The position numbers were made by a program, and so were the translations under genes. From positions 32,001 to 96,000 of IMG/VR virus record IMGVR_UViG_3300028048_001169: a stretch of DNA of 64,000 nucleotides; one strand, 5' to 3'. Under the pieces are notes generated by a model. The model searched no databases. It worked only from the letters and a program-made list of their open reading frames with translations, and was not told where the DNA came from. The DNA is from a virus. Its lineage: Duplodnaviria > Caudoviricetes. Positions 47,905 through 58,404 of the stretch are shown piece after piece (the first letter of the stretch is position 1; the number at the start of each line of letters is the position of its first letter).

Positions 47905-49842
47905 TTAGTTACCAGCGCTCACATCGAGATCTTGCTGTGTTGTTGATGTTACGTCCTCAGTTGGGAGTGCATACAAGTCAAATATTTCTGACTGAGCCCA
48001 GTTATTAAATCTGAATCTCAGGATACCATAGAAGATCTTCTGTGAAGCCTTAACAGCATCTGATACATATTCAAATGAAAGCTCTGCGAAATTAGACATG
48101 AAGTTAACAATTGAACCATTAACAACATTTGCGTACTCTGTGAAATCGTTTCCAGATGCAAATGTATATCTCTGACGAGGACAAACTCTACGAATCTCAC
48201 GAGCTACTTCTTCGATAGCAAGAACGTTATTAACGTAACTAAGCTGAGTAAGAGCTTCCTGTGATGTGTAGAGAGTCTGAACAACACACTGATCCTCATG
48301 ATAAACAGCATAGTTTACACGAAGATTCTCTAAGAGACTCTTCTGGTTTACTACTGGAGTGATACGCGGAACAAAGTTCAGAGTACCCTTAATAGCACTT
48401 GGAAGAATCATACCATTTGCAATACCAGCTGCAGGATATGCTGCTCTATTTGCAAAGTGATCAACCATAACAGCAGCAAAGTCATACATCATTGTAACTC
48501 TGATTCTCTTACCATTATCAGGATCATACATCTGATATGTAGTAAAGTAATCAGCAATAAACTTGTTATTTGTATCGAATTTATTGATAATATCAACAAC
48601 TCCATCATAAGAGTTTACTTCGATTCCAAGATCACGGAAGAACATGCAGTCCTCACGGAATGTAACAAGCTTTGCAATAGCTTCCTTAACGCGCATACTA
48701 TAGTTAGCGTCGAATATCGCACAAACACGATGCTCATCAAGATCAAAAATCTCATCAGTAAATGTACCATCAAAGAAATTGATCAACTGAGTATCATACT
48801 CCGCAGACTCAATCGGTTTAGAACCAAATGCACCATCTGTACCGTTGGTAAGAGGTACACCATATGCTGAATCAAGATCAATAGAATCCTCTGTTAATTC
48901 AATACCAGCCATCTTAGTTCTACGATCAGTCTTAAGGAAAATAACATCAGATCCATAAAGCTTCTTTACTGATAAGCCTGAAGCTGCTGATAATGCCTTA
49001 ATGTAGTTTGTATATACATTAGGTACTTGTAAGAACTTAACCTGCTCTGTTGTGAACTCATTGAATCCATAATTAGTACCATCAAGGATAGCATTAGGAT
49101 CAATAGCAGCTGTCTGAGAATCTACAACTGTAGTTCCTTCTAAGATGGATAAATTGTAGAAGAAGTTAGACAGAGTCTTTGATGAGTTATAGTCAGGTGT
49201 GAACTTAACAGTCTTGTTAGAAGTACCACGACCATTATCTACGATTACAAACATAGGGAAATCACTAGAATTTGTAATTGTAATTACACCGTTAGCATCA
49301 GGTTCTCCAGCCTCTGCTGTTCCGATAACCATCATCTGCTCAGCCTGCTCTAATACAGCACTATCTTTCTGAATACCAGCTACAGATACAGCAGTCCACT
49401 TTACAGTAGATTTAGTTGTAGTTGTATAACGAGTAGTTGCATCTGTATCTCCACTTGTATCTCTACCAAGAATCTCATTCAGAGTCTTGGCACCTTCTAC
49501 AGTAGTTCCAGCAGGTACTGGTGTAGCGGTTACATTACTTGTTACAGTTGCAACAAGAATTACATTAGCTAAAGTAGCATCATCTGCTACTACACGCTTC
49601 AGCAATACCGCACCACCATTGTTGATAATATTAGTAATCTGAATAGCTGCCTGACCATGCTTTTCGAATGAAGGTGTACCATATAATCTACGATACTCAT
49701 CTCCAGCAACGACGCGCATGTCTTCAGGACCTTTATCAAAGCTAGCAGCCGCTAAAAACAGCGGGGCGTTATCTGCTACGCTAGCTTCTTCAACTTGGAT
49801 TGTTGAATTGTCAATCCAATTAAAACTAGTTCCAGGATACAT
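47905..49842 (-). CDS. Contractile tail sheath protein
   Basis: MYPG start, KGP...YG, LTNGTDG, PAAG..NG, sheath-type C-terminus; AACA-N6-TA at 49918-49907. Confidence 0.85.
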   Translation of the reverse strand: MYPGTSFNWIDNSTIQVEEASVADNAPLFLAAASFDKGPEDMRVVAGDEYRRLYGTPSFEKHGQAAIQITNIINNGGAVLLKRVVADDATLANVILVATVTSNVTATPVPAGTTVEGAKTLNEILGRDTSGDTDATTRYTTTTKSTVKWTAVSVAGIQKDSAVLEQAEQMMVIGTAEAGEPDANGVITITNSSDFPMFVIVDNGRGTSNKTVKFTPDYNSSKTLSNFFYNLSILEGTTVVDSQTAAIDPNAILDGTNYGFNEFTTEQVKFLQVPNVYTNYIKALSAASGLSVKKLYGSDVIFLKTDRRTKMAGIELTEDSIDLDSAYGVPLTNGTDGAFGSKPIESAEYDTQLINFFDGTFTDEIFDLDEHRVCAIFDANYSMRVKEAIAKLVTFREDCMFFRDLGIEVNSYDGVVDIINKFDTNNKFIADYFTTYQMYDPDNGKRIRVTMMYDFAAVMVDHFANRAAYPAAGIANGMILPSAIKGTLNFVPRITPVVNQKSLLENLRVNYAVYHEDQCVVQTLYTSQEALTQLSYVNNVLAIEEVAREIRRVCPRQRYTFASGNDFTEYANVVNGSIVNFMSNFAELSFEYVSDAVKASQKIFYGILRFRFNNWAQSEIFDLYALPTEDVTSTTQQDLDVSAGN

Positions 49843-49929
49843 AGACTTTCCTCCTTTAAAGATTATTATATTTACAAGACCAATTACTAAAAATTAATCT
49901 AATATTTATAGTTATGTTGAAATCTAATA

Positions 49930-50676
49930 TCAACCAGTAACGATTCTTTCTACAGGAGAAGTAGCATCAGTGCCGTTAGAAGTCATGTTCATAGCAGCTA
50001 ATAGAGAGTCATCCCAGTTCTCAGAAGTTAATGATGTATATGGTGATACAAACTTAGGAATTGTCTTAGCAGATATCTGACGATATCCATACATTGATTC
50101 TTCGATCTTCTTAGAACAACGGAATGGTATTGATGGATCATCTGGATCTCTACAGATACCTCCAATAGCTATACCAAATAACTGCATATTTAATCCATAT
50201 CCTTTACCATTTAATGCCATATTATCTGGTAAATACTCTTGGAGTTTATTATATGGAATATTTGGTGGTAACTTATTTTCTACTAAAAACATGATACGGA
50301 ACAACATATCAACGTTATCAATATCCTTAGGAATATTAACATCTGATATTGCTTCATCTCCATCTTTGAAGTGTAGTACTCGATAATCCATTGGTTTTAA
50401 ATTATTAAGAGATAAATCCTTTACCTTCTCAATATATCCAGGTTTACACTCAATCATTGTAGGAAATTCAAATGGCCTAGCATTTGAATGTTTTCCATTC
50501 TTATCAACTGTAGCCCAATCAAATACACCTAATGCATATACAGTAGATCCAACAACCTTAGCAGTTGGATTCTTTGTATCTCCAAAATATGCTTCTGGGA
50601 TATAGTATACTAATTCACCTGTACCAGAATATAATAGTTTCTCTTCCTTTTGTTTTAGAAACGGTGGAAATTTCAT
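49930..50676 (-). CDS. Late protein, possibly RNA polymerase beta-prime C-terminal-like fragment
   Basis: SPYTSLTSENWDDSLLAA resembles beta-prime region H; TACA-N6-TA at 50713-50702. Confidence 0.4.
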   Translation of the reverse strand: MKFPPFLKQKEEKLLYSGTGELVYYIPEAYFGDTKNPTAKVVGSTVYALGVFDWATVDKNGKHSNARPFEFPTMIECKPGYIEKVKDLSLNNLKPMDYRVLHFKDGDEAISDVNIPKDIDNVDMLFRIMFLVENKLPPNIPYNKLQEYLPDNMALNGKGYGLNMQLFGIAIGGICRDPDDPSIPFRCSKKIEESMYGYRQISAKTIPKFVSPYTSLTSENWDDSLLAAMNMTSNGTDATSPVERIVTG

Positions 50677-50836
50677 TATATATCTCCTTTCTATATAATA
50701 TTACTTAGATGTACGATTTATAAAAGTTACAATATTTTAGATCAGTATAGATTAAAAATCTACTTTTCTTTTTTATCTAAATTCAAACATTCCTATACAG
50801 AGTAAATTATTTATATAGAGAAAGGAAGTTTTATTT

Positions 50837-50965
50837 ATGGCTGAGTTACGTACAATTAATGAAATTATTGATAAGATTAAGAACGAGGATAATCTGTTTG
50901 TTAATATTCCTACTGATGATCCTCATCATACTCAATCAGCTTTTTATGATTTCATTAAGGAGTAA
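50837..50965 (+). CDS. 42-aa protein MAELRTINEIIDKIKNEDNLFVNIPTDDPHHTQSAFYDFIKE (absent from the ORF track)
   Basis: AACA-TTCCTA-TA at 50786-50797, AGAAAGGA RBS, terminator after the stop. Confidence 0.7.
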   Translation: MAELRTINEIIDKIKNEDNLFVNIPTDDPHHTQSAFYDFIKE

Positions 50966-51008
50966 CATCAAAAAGAGTCTTCTGGTAGAATATTCTACCA
51001 GAAGATTT

Positions 51009-51266
51009 TTATTTATTTATCAATTCGGTTTCTACAATATCTGATACTTCACAACCAAGACAATCAGATAATATAATAATCTTTTCTACAGATACTTTAT
51101 TTATCTTTTCAGGGTTTTGCTCATAAGAAGCAATACTCTTTTTATTAATACCTGATAGATTTGCTAGTTCTGATTGTGTCATCCCTTTACTAGTTCGTAT
51201 CTTTTTCAGTTTTGATTTATAACTATTTAAAATTGGATTATCTATCATATTAATCAATCCTTTCAT
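51009..51266 (-). CDS. XRE-family HTH regulator
   Basis: LKKIRTSKGMTQSELANLSGI...YEQ...LSDCLGCEVSDI. Confidence 0.85.
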   Translation of the reverse strand: MKGLINMIDNPILNSYKSKLKKIRTSKGMTQSELANLSGINKKSIASYEQNPEKINKVSVEKIIILSDCLGCEVSDIVETELINK

Positions 51267-51304
51267 ACTTATTTATATTTTCAATATAACAAATGATTTT
51301 TTAA

Positions 51305-51315
51305 TCATATATTAT
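51305..51315 (+). promoter_or_regulatory. Early-type promoter TCATATATTAT
   Basis: Exact copy. Confidence 0.75.
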
Positions 51316-51364
51316 AATAGAGTAGTATAATGTAAAGAATTATATAGAAGAAAGGAATTATATT

Positions 51365-52195
51365 ATGAATGAATTTAACAAGGAAAATCCGTATGGTGAA
51401 CGTGAAGATGGTAAACGAGTGTTTAAACCATTACTACTGGGATATGAAGATCAATTCAAGTTCCAAATGACTCCTGCTATGATGGAAGAACATTATAGAA
51501 AAATTGATCGATATGGTAAGATAGAACATGCATATGCAACTTTTAATAGTTTATTTGAAATAGAGAGTTATCTCAAATCAATGCTTAATATATCTAATAA
51601 TGAAGTTGCAATGAATATGATTGCTGATGGATGTAATTATGCTGTTGGTTTAAAAGGATTCATTAATGCTAATTTTAAAAATAATTATTTTTGGCATCCT
51701 AAAGTACATGCTAAGAATAAAGAATTTGAAAATTTAATTAGTGGGTATTATATAACTAATCAATTACCTAGAAAATGTATTTATACAATATTAGGTAAAT
51801 TTGAATACTGTTATGATCACATTCCAGCAGATCATGATACAATATATGCATATCTAACTAGATATACATTTACTCCAAATTATATTCCTAATTGGGCAGA
51901 TGTATTTATTATAACTCAAGATGTAGAAGGATGCTTTAAGCAATTTCCAATTATATATGCTTTAAATAGTTATAATCGATATAATACATGTACACAACAA
52001 CAAGAGGTATGTTTTTATATTGATTTTATAATTGGAAACTGTAGTTATAAATGGAGTAATATTGATTTTAATAAAAGTAGAAACTATGGAACATTCTTTG
52101 CTTCTAGATTAATAACTGATCGATTACCAACTGTTAATTATAATATAAGAGAATCTTTGGAGACTCGTTGTATTATAAGAAATGATTATGCATAA
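51365..52195 (+). CDS. Hypothetical early protein
   Basis: AGAAAGGA RBS; terminator at 52203-52242. Confidence 0.7.
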   Translation: MNEFNKENPYGEREDGKRVFKPLLLGYEDQFKFQMTPAMMEEHYRKIDRYGKIEHAYATFNSLFEIESYLKSMLNISNNEVAMNMIADGCNYAVGLKGFINANFKNNYFWHPKVHAKNKEFENLISGYYITNQLPRKCIYTILGKFEYCYDHIPADHDTIYAYLTRYTFTPNYIPNWADVFIITQDVEGCFKQFPIIYALNSYNRYNTCTQQQEVCFYIDFIIGNCSYKWSNIDFNKSRNYGTFFASRLITDRLPTVNYNIRESLETRCIIRNDYA

Positions 52196-52289
52196 AGAAT
52201 ATAAATGGTATAGATAAATACTTCTATACCATTTTATTTTTTCTATTGTATATTGTAATTAGTATTTTGTAATAAATTATTACAGTATA

Positions 52290-52710
52290 TACATATTAGT
52301 AAAGTTAGGTTGTTTCGGCGGCCTAGTGATAAGCCCTCGCACCGGAGCAAAGAACGCGGAACGAAAAAAGAACGAATAAAAAATACTTAAAGAATGGAAT
52401 AAATAAAAGAAACAAAAAATAAATAAAGAATAAAAAGAATAAATGAAACAGAAACAAAGAAACAATTAAAAAGAAATATAAATAATTAAATTAAATAAAT
52501 ATAATTAATAAAACAAAAAAATCTATAGAGACATAGAAATCTCTATAGATATATAAATAATTATATAATTAGTATTAATAATTAAATAAATATAATTAAT
52601 AATATTGGATTATCCAGTAAAGAGAAAATTATTCAGAACGAGAAGTATAAAATACAGGACTAGTTGAGCGGATTTGCCGATCCGCCCTACGCTTTTTCGC
52701 CGGTTCGTCG
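52290..52710. other. Candidate replication origin: promoter + GC-rich hairpin + strand-biased A-rich tract + AT-rich core
   Basis: TACA-N6-TA at 52290-52301, A-rich run at 52350-52520, hairpin at 52521-52550, GC-rich imperfect inverted flanks. Confidence 0.45.
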
Positions 52711-53537
52711 CTATCTGAAGACCTTACAGTACTGGTAGATATAGTACTCTCATTAGTAGATACAATATTACTATCAGTATTATTAGAAGATATATCAGTA
52801 CTAGATACAGTAGGTAATATATATCCATTATTCTTAATTGTAGATATACGATTAGACATTGCAGTAGATATATTATTCATATCAGGCAATTGATATTGAG
52901 TAGATTTATTCTCTATAGTAATTTCATTTTGTTCTAATACAGTAGAAGAAGATAACAATTCAGTTGTTTCTTCCATAGAGTATTTCTCAATACGATTCAA
53001 TGAATCTAATTGTTCTTCATCACAAAATGGTTTATAGAATTCTACAAATAATTTATATCTACCAATTACATTATCTACAGGTATAAAGAGTTTTCCAGCA
53101 TGTACTAATTGATGTGCTGTTTTAGATAGAGGAATAAGACCTACTAATAACTTATAGTGTAGCATAGTACATTCTTTAGCAAGTAATTGAAGATTTAATG
53201 GTTGGTGATAATAGCATCGTTTCTTATATACTATAGTAACGATATCATATAGAGTAAATGGATAATGATGTATTTCTATACGTATATTATAATTATCTTT
53301 AGAAGATACTTGTATGAAAGCACATTGATCCATATTCATATTATCTTTCATATATTTGATCATACCTCTATATTCAAAAGAACCTCTTATTTCTCTTTCT
53401 ATATCAGAGAAATATTTCTTTAATTCTTTTTCATCTTCTAAATCATAAATAGTATAATCAAACGGTGGTATTTCACCAAAGTTTAATACAGTATTTGAGT
53501 TATGTTGTTGAACACGAATTCCATCAGGATCTATCAT
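52629..53537 (-). CDS. HNH-like motif protein, probably late/virion
   Basis: IEIHHYP...PLSKTAHQLVH; AGGAGG RBS. Confidence 0.6.
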   Translation of the reverse strand: MIDPDGIRVQQHNSNTVLNFGEIPPFDYTIYDLEDEKELKKYFSDIEREIRGSFEYRGMIKYMKDNMNMDQCAFIQVSSKDNYNIRIEIHHYPFTLYDIVTIVYKKRCYYHQPLNLQLLAKECTMLHYKLLVGLIPLSKTAHQLVHAGKLFIPVDNVIGRYKLFVEFYKPFCDEEQLDSLNRIEKYSMEETTELLSSSTVLEQNEITIENKSTQYQLPDMNNISTAMSNRISTIKNNGYILPTVSSTDISSNNTDSNIVSTNESTISTSTVRSSDSDEPAKKRRADRQIRSTSPVFYTSRSE

Positions 53538-53598
53538 AAGTATGTATACCTCCTATATGTATAGTATTAATCAAATGTCTAGTTAAAATAATTTATAA

Positions 53599-53609
53599 TC
53601 ATATATTAT
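53599..53609 (+). promoter_or_regulatory. Early-type promoter TCATATATTAT
   Basis: Exact copy. Confidence 0.75.
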
Positions 53610-53664
53610 AAATTAGAGAAAAAGAAAGTGTAAAAATTTAAGAAAGGAGGCACTAATAGATAAT

Positions 53665-54582
53665 ATGGAATTAATGAATATACCTTTATTAAAAGAACGA
53701 TATGAACAAATTGAAAGATATTATAATATGATAGGAGTAGCATATGATGATGAAATGATTCGAAAGGAGATAGAAAGAGAATTGGATTTGTATGGTATGA
53801 ATGGAGAAGGGAACTTTAACGTGTGGATTGATCAAACGAATACTTATAAATTTGAAATGGCTCGTTATGATAATGAAGTACCGTTCTTATCGAATGCGAA
53901 TTATATAAATACGATTACGATTTATAATAATATCGGTATTAAGATAACGGAAATACGATTTAATGAATTTGATTGTATAAGAATTCTATCTAGTATTGTA
54001 GAGTTTACGACGTATTATTATAATACTGGTGATTCGTATGCTATTTCTATTAATCCGAATAATACAGGTTTAACGACATACGTAATCTATATTCAAAATA
54101 TATTTGAAGAAGAGTATGATAATGATACTGAGAAATATAATGTAAATGGAAATCTAAATCATGAGAACTGGAAAGATGTCCTTTTTCAAATTGTAGAATA
54201 TAATCCTCAATCAGGAGTAAAGCCTACTAATCTTGTAACTCTAAAATTACAATATGAAGAATTACAAGATTTAGCATTTCAAATCTTTTTCCATTTCTTA
54301 ATTGATTTGGACTTATCACAATATCAAAACGTACAACAAGACTTAAGAAATATAGAGCATTTTATGGTCTATGGTCAAGAGTACGATTTTGAATATACTG
54401 GCATAGAAAATGAGAGTAATGGTCTCGTAGAGACACGAGAAAAGGGACCTGTACAACTTTACGATTCTCGTAGAGAAGAAATTTCACAAAATCAGTGTAA
54501 TTACACAGGAAACTTTTCAAATCGTCCCATAGAGCCAGTTAGAACAAAAAAGATGTTTTTTAAACAAGGAAGGAGAAACTAA
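53665..54582 (+). CDS. Hypothetical early protein
   Basis: AAAGGAGG RBS. Confidence 0.75.
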   Translation: MELMNIPLLKERYEQIERYYNMIGVAYDDEMIRKEIERELDLYGMNGEGNFNVWIDQTNTYKFEMARYDNEVPFLSNANYINTITIYNNIGIKITEIRFNEFDCIRILSSIVEFTTYYYNTGDSYAISINPNNTGLTTYVIYIQNIFEEEYDNDTEKYNVNGNLNHENWKDVLFQIVEYNPQSGVKPTNLVTLKLQYEELQDLAFQIFFHFLIDLDLSQYQNVQQDLRNIEHFMVYGQEYDFEYTGIENESNGLVETREKGPVQLYDSRREEISQNQCNYTGNFSNRPIEPVRTKKMFFKQGRRN

Positions 54583-54583
54583 A

Positions 54584-55114
54584 ATGAGAGTAATTACAGC
54601 AGTAGAAAATTATGAATTGGATGACAATGAAGTAGTTGTATTTTTAGCTGGAGGAATAACTAATTGCCCAAATTGGCAAGAGAATGTAATTAACGAATTA
54701 CGTTTGAGTAAAGATGAATTGGAGAATCTTGTTGTAATAAATCCTAGAAGAGATAATTTCCCTATAGATGATCCAAATGCTAGTAATGATCAGATTACTT
54801 GGGAATTTAATGCTCTAGAAGCTTGCGATATCTTTTCTATGTATTTTTGCGATGCTCCTAGTGATCAGCCGATTTGTATGTATGAATTAGGTAGAAATAT
54901 CTATAAGAAATCGGAAGAAGATGAGTCTTATGAGAAGCGTATTGTTATAACTTGTGAGAAGGGTTATAAGAGAAGAGGAGATGTAGAGATTCAAACTGAA
55001 TTAGCTACGAAAGGTAAAGTATCAGTTAATGTAGTAGACGGTACTGGTTATTATTCTCATGCTAAGGGTATTATAGAATCTTATAAATACCTTAATAGCT
55101 TAATTAACGGATAA
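54584..55114 (+). CDS. Nucleoside 2-deoxyribosyltransferase-like protein
   Basis: VFLAGGI..NWQ, INPRR, QITWE..AL..CD, YELG motifs. Confidence 0.8.
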   Translation: MRVITAVENYELDDNEVVVFLAGGITNCPNWQENVINELRLSKDELENLVVINPRRDNFPIDDPNASNDQITWEFNALEACDIFSMYFCDAPSDQPICMYELGRNIYKKSEEDESYEKRIVITCEKGYKRRGDVEIQTELATKGKVSVNVVDGTGYYSHAKGIIESYKYLNSLING

Positions 55115-55119
55115 TAAAG

Positions 55120-55156
55120 ACGGAGTAGGATGATTTGTCCTACTCCGTTTCTTTTT
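55120..55156. terminator. Bidirectional terminator
   Basis: ACGGAGTAGGA-7nt-TCCTACTCCGT. Confidence 0.8.
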
Positions 55157-55901
55157 AATCTCTATGTACTCTACGAGTTCTATTTTCTGCTGTATATGGA
55201 GTCATGTAATCATTATCTACGAGATTACTATGGATACCTGCTCCTAATAGATATACGTTAAGCATATTACGAGCAAGACCATCAGATCGAGTAACAACAT
55301 AATCTTTCTGAGATACAGATCCTTTATCAGCAATTGTAGCAATCATTTCACTAGAAGCTTGCATAGCATCAGCTTTAACAGAACGGAATTCGTCTAATGT
55401 ATCAGCAAGACCAAAAGAAGCCAGTGATTCAAAATCACGATCTGTTTCTTGAGCAGCTTTATCTTCTTGCATTAAGCGACCAGTTCTCATATCACGTTTC
55501 TCTACATGCATAGAAGCATTATTCTTCTTAGAGAGCATCTGTTTCATACGTTTAATATGGATATAGCCAACAAAGCATTCTTTACTTTGCACAGCTTTTC
55601 CATCAGCATTTGTGTAAACATGTGGAAAATTTACTTTCTCTAATAATGGCTTCTTTAAGATTTTAAATCCATCAATGATATCATACATTTTAGGATTAAT
55701 CTTAAATGCATCTTCATGGAAACGTAATGGTAATCGTCTCTGGAAGAATTTATAGAATTGATCATCTGACATTTTAGAGAATAATTTTCTATAATAATCA
55801 GAGTTCGTGTGAGTCTGATCTACTTTATCAAGTACATCATAGATTAGTTTCTCTGCTTCTAATCGTTGTTGCTTTGTTATTTTAGCGTTTGTTTGTGGCA
55901 T
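55155..55901 (-). CDS. Phage RNA polymerase beta subunit C-terminal fragment (probably virion RNAP)
   Basis: FVGYIHIKRMKQ and RDMRTGRL...QETDRD resemble beta region I; start at the ATG after GGAGG. Confidence 0.65.
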   Translation of the reverse strand: MPQTNAKITKQQRLEAEKLIYDVLDKVDQTHTNSDYYRKLFSKMSDDQFYKFFQRRLPLRFHEDAFKINPKMYDIIDGFKILKKPLLEKVNFPHVYTNADGKAVQSKECFVGYIHIKRMKQMLSKKNNASMHVEKRDMRTGRLMQEDKAAQETDRDFESLASFGLADTLDEFRSVKADAMQASSEMIATIADKGSVSQKDYVVTRSDGLARNMLNVYLLGAGIHSNLVDNDYMTPYTAENRTRRVHRD

Positions 55902-56517
55902 AGTTAGCCTCCTCTTTCGCTCGTCTAGCTTCTTCAGCATCAATTTTCTTTAAGTTGTTGCCAACCAATCGAAGGATTTCATCGTATTTCATTCCATAGG
56001 TTTGATATAATCTATCATCAAATTCATCTGGTTCAGGGTCAGCAACAGATGCAACGGATAATATACGAATTGCATCAATATTTGAAGATCCACCAACGAA
56101 TCCAATATTGAATTGTGTACCAGCAGGAATGACATTATGAAAATCCATAACAATATGTCTAGGGATGATAAGATTAACATAGGATCTTGTTACATATTCA
56201 CTAGTTACAAAATCCTTGTTATATGTATCAACGTTTGGTTTTCTATGAACCATTTCTACACTTGTATTATTTTCTACCATAGGAAATAAGATAGGAATAT
56301 AGAAATTACCAACAACTGATGTATATACATCTTCCTTGGTCCAATAGTATCGTTCATAGAAATGATATGCAGATAGAATTTTGTCGGTTAATCTCTCTAA
56401 TGGTAGTAAAGGTAGATATATTTTACGTTGTAATTCTGCAACTTCAACAGATAAAGCATTATTATAATAAGATGCTGCTTGATCGTAGAATTTATTTTCT
56501 GTCAAATTAAATTCCAT
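55882..56517 (-). CDS. Hypothetical late protein
   Basis: AAGGAGG RBS; AACA-N6-TA at 56566-56555. Confidence 0.7.
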   Translation of the reverse strand: MEFNLTENKFYDQAASYYNNALSVEVAELQRKIYLPLLPLERLTDKILSAYHFYERYYWTKEDVYTSVVGNFYIPILFPMVENNTSVEMVHRKPNVDTYNKDFVTSEYVTRSYVNLIIPRHIVMDFHNVIPAGTQFNIGFVGGSSNIDAIRILSVASVADPEPDEFDDRLYQTYGMKYDEILRLVGNNLKKIDAEEARRAKEEANYATNKR

Positions 56518-56561
56518 TAGAAATTTACACCTCCTTTAACTCGTATTTAATAATTAATAAA

Positions 56562-57161
56562 ATGTTTTTGAGGTACAAAGTTGAAGGGAAATGCTTTAAA
56601 ATTAGAATAGGAGATCGAAAAACAATGACACTTATCTTTAAAGACGGACAGCCAACCTTCCAGTACGATAACGAAGAAGAGTTATCATATAACTTTTTAT
56701 CAGCAATGGGTTTATCTGTTAGAAACGGTATTGTAATTGATAAGGAATATGATCCAAATGGAACAGTCCTTAAATTGGGTAGAAAAATTATTAAAGCTAA
56801 TATTGGCAATAGTGATTCTGAAATTCATTATGCTGGTGAAAATGAATCTCTTCTTGAAATGACAAGTAATATTCATTTATTAAATATCTTATTTGGATGG
56901 TATCTTGAAAAGAAGAACAGATTAGAAGGAAAAGAATGCTTAGTATTCAATCCAGAAGACACTGCACCAGATGAAAACGGAATACGTAAGACACATATGT
57001 GTATCCAGTTCAGAGACGGTGACCGTTTTGAATCGGATTATTATTACAATAAATGCTTATTATTTCCAGATTTAATATTCCGTATGGAAGAGATGAATGT
57101 AGACTTGCATAATTTCGATTCTACAGACTTCTTACAAGAAAAGGGGTATATAAGAAACTAA
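56562..57161 (+). CDS. Hypothetical protein (start uncertain)
   Basis: Long ORF leading into the helicase operon. Confidence 0.6.
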   Translation: MFLRYKVEGKCFKIRIGDRKTMTLIFKDGQPTFQYDNEEELSYNFLSAMGLSVRNGIVIDKEYDPNGTVLKLGRKIIKANIGNSDSEIHYAGENESLLEMTSNIHLLNILFGWYLEKKNRLEGKECLVFNPEDTAPDENGIRKTHMCIQFRDGDRFESDYYYNKCLLFPDLIFRMEEMNVDLHNFDSTDFLQEKGYIRN

Positions 57162-57162
57162 T

Positions 57163-58404
57163 ATGATAGTAAAACCAACATCAGAACAGGAATCAATTAT
57201 AGAGGAAGCTGTTCGATGGTTCCGTAGTGGATCAGAACAAGTATTTGAATTTAGTGGCAAAGCTGGTACTGGTAAATCAGTTGTATTAAACGAGATTATT
57301 AATCGTATTGGTTTATCACCTTCTCAGTATATTGCTGGAGCATACACAGGAGCTGCTGCTATTGTTATGAGAATCAAGGGTTTTCGATCTGCTAGATCGT
57401 TACACTCTATTTTCTATCATCTAGAAGAAGAAACATTAGGTTTTAATGATGATGATATGTCTTTCTTAGATGTCGTTAATACTCAATTTAATACGAAAAA
57501 GAAAATATTTAGGTTTGTACCAGCTCCTAAAGGAATCTTACCTTCTTCTGTACGTTTGATTGTAATTGATGAAGGTTATATGGTTCCGAAATACATGAGA
57601 AGAGTAATACTAAAGCATGGTATTAAAGTTTTAGTATGTGGCGATAGAAGACAGTTACCACCTATCGGAGATGATGCTGCTTTTTTAACAGGAACCAACG
57701 TAAGAGAACTAACTCAGATTATGAGACAAAATGCAAACGATCCAATTATCTATTTAGCAAATAGAGCAATTGAAGGATTACCAATTCATTGTGGTTCATA
57801 TGGACCTAATTGTATGGTAATTGAAGATCGAGATCTTACAGATGAAATGCTGCTTAAAGTTGGCAATGTTATCTGTGGTACAAATAAGAGTCGTGATTTT
57901 TTTAATCATCGTATCAGAGAATTAAGAGGAATTTCTTCACCATTCCCAGTATATGGTGATCGTGTTATTTGTCGCAATAATAACTGGGGAATCACGAATG
58001 ATAACATTGCATTAGCAAATGGTCTAACGGGATTTATTACATCACCAATTGATCCTTCCAGGATATATAATGGTAAAGATAGTCGATTATATGGAACCTT
58101 CCGTATGGATTTCTTACCAGATTTACTACAATATCCATTCCGTGATTTGAATGTAAATTACGAATACTTAGTATCTGATTATGCTGAGAGAAATAAGATC
58201 AAGAATAATCGATATACAAACGGTGAGTTGTTTGAATATGCTAATGCTATTACAACACACTTATCTCAAGGATCAGAATATCCTGCTGGTATATTCTATG
58301 AAGAATTCTTACGACCACAGATACAGAATCAGTTGAATTATACAGGTATCACTCGATTCAAAAAGTATCTGATTTATGTAAAGAAAACTAAGAGGTATTA
58401 TTAA
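57163..58404 (+). CDS. Dda/RecD-like SF1B helicase
   Basis: GKAGTGKS, IVIDE, GDRRQLPPI, LTQIMRQ, AITTHLSQGSEY, YTGITR. Confidence 0.9.
   Translation: MIVKPTSEQESIIEEAVRWFRSGSEQVFEFSGKAGTGKSVVLNEIINRIGLSPSQYIAGAYTGAAAIVMRIKGFRSARSLHSIFYHLEEETLGFNDDDMSFLDVVNTQFNTKKKIFRFVPAPKGILPSSVRLIVIDEGYMVPKYMRRVILKHGIKVLVCGDRRQLPPIGDDAAFLTGTNVRELTQIMRQNANDPIIYLANRAIEGLPIHCGSYGPNCMVIEDRDLTDEMLLKVGNVICGTNKSRDFFNHRIRELRGISSPFPVYGDRVICRNNNWGITNDNIALANGLTGFITSPIDPSRIYNGKDSRLYGTFRMDFLPDLLQYPFRDLNVNYEYLVSDYAERNKIKNNRYTNGELFEYANAITTHLSQGSEYPAGIFYEEFLRPQIQNQLNYTGITRFKKYLIYVKKTKRYY

Noticed and set aside
52280-52465. 61-aa Phe-rich minus-strand ORF
   Set aside because: Artefact of the A-rich non-coding tract; no RBS
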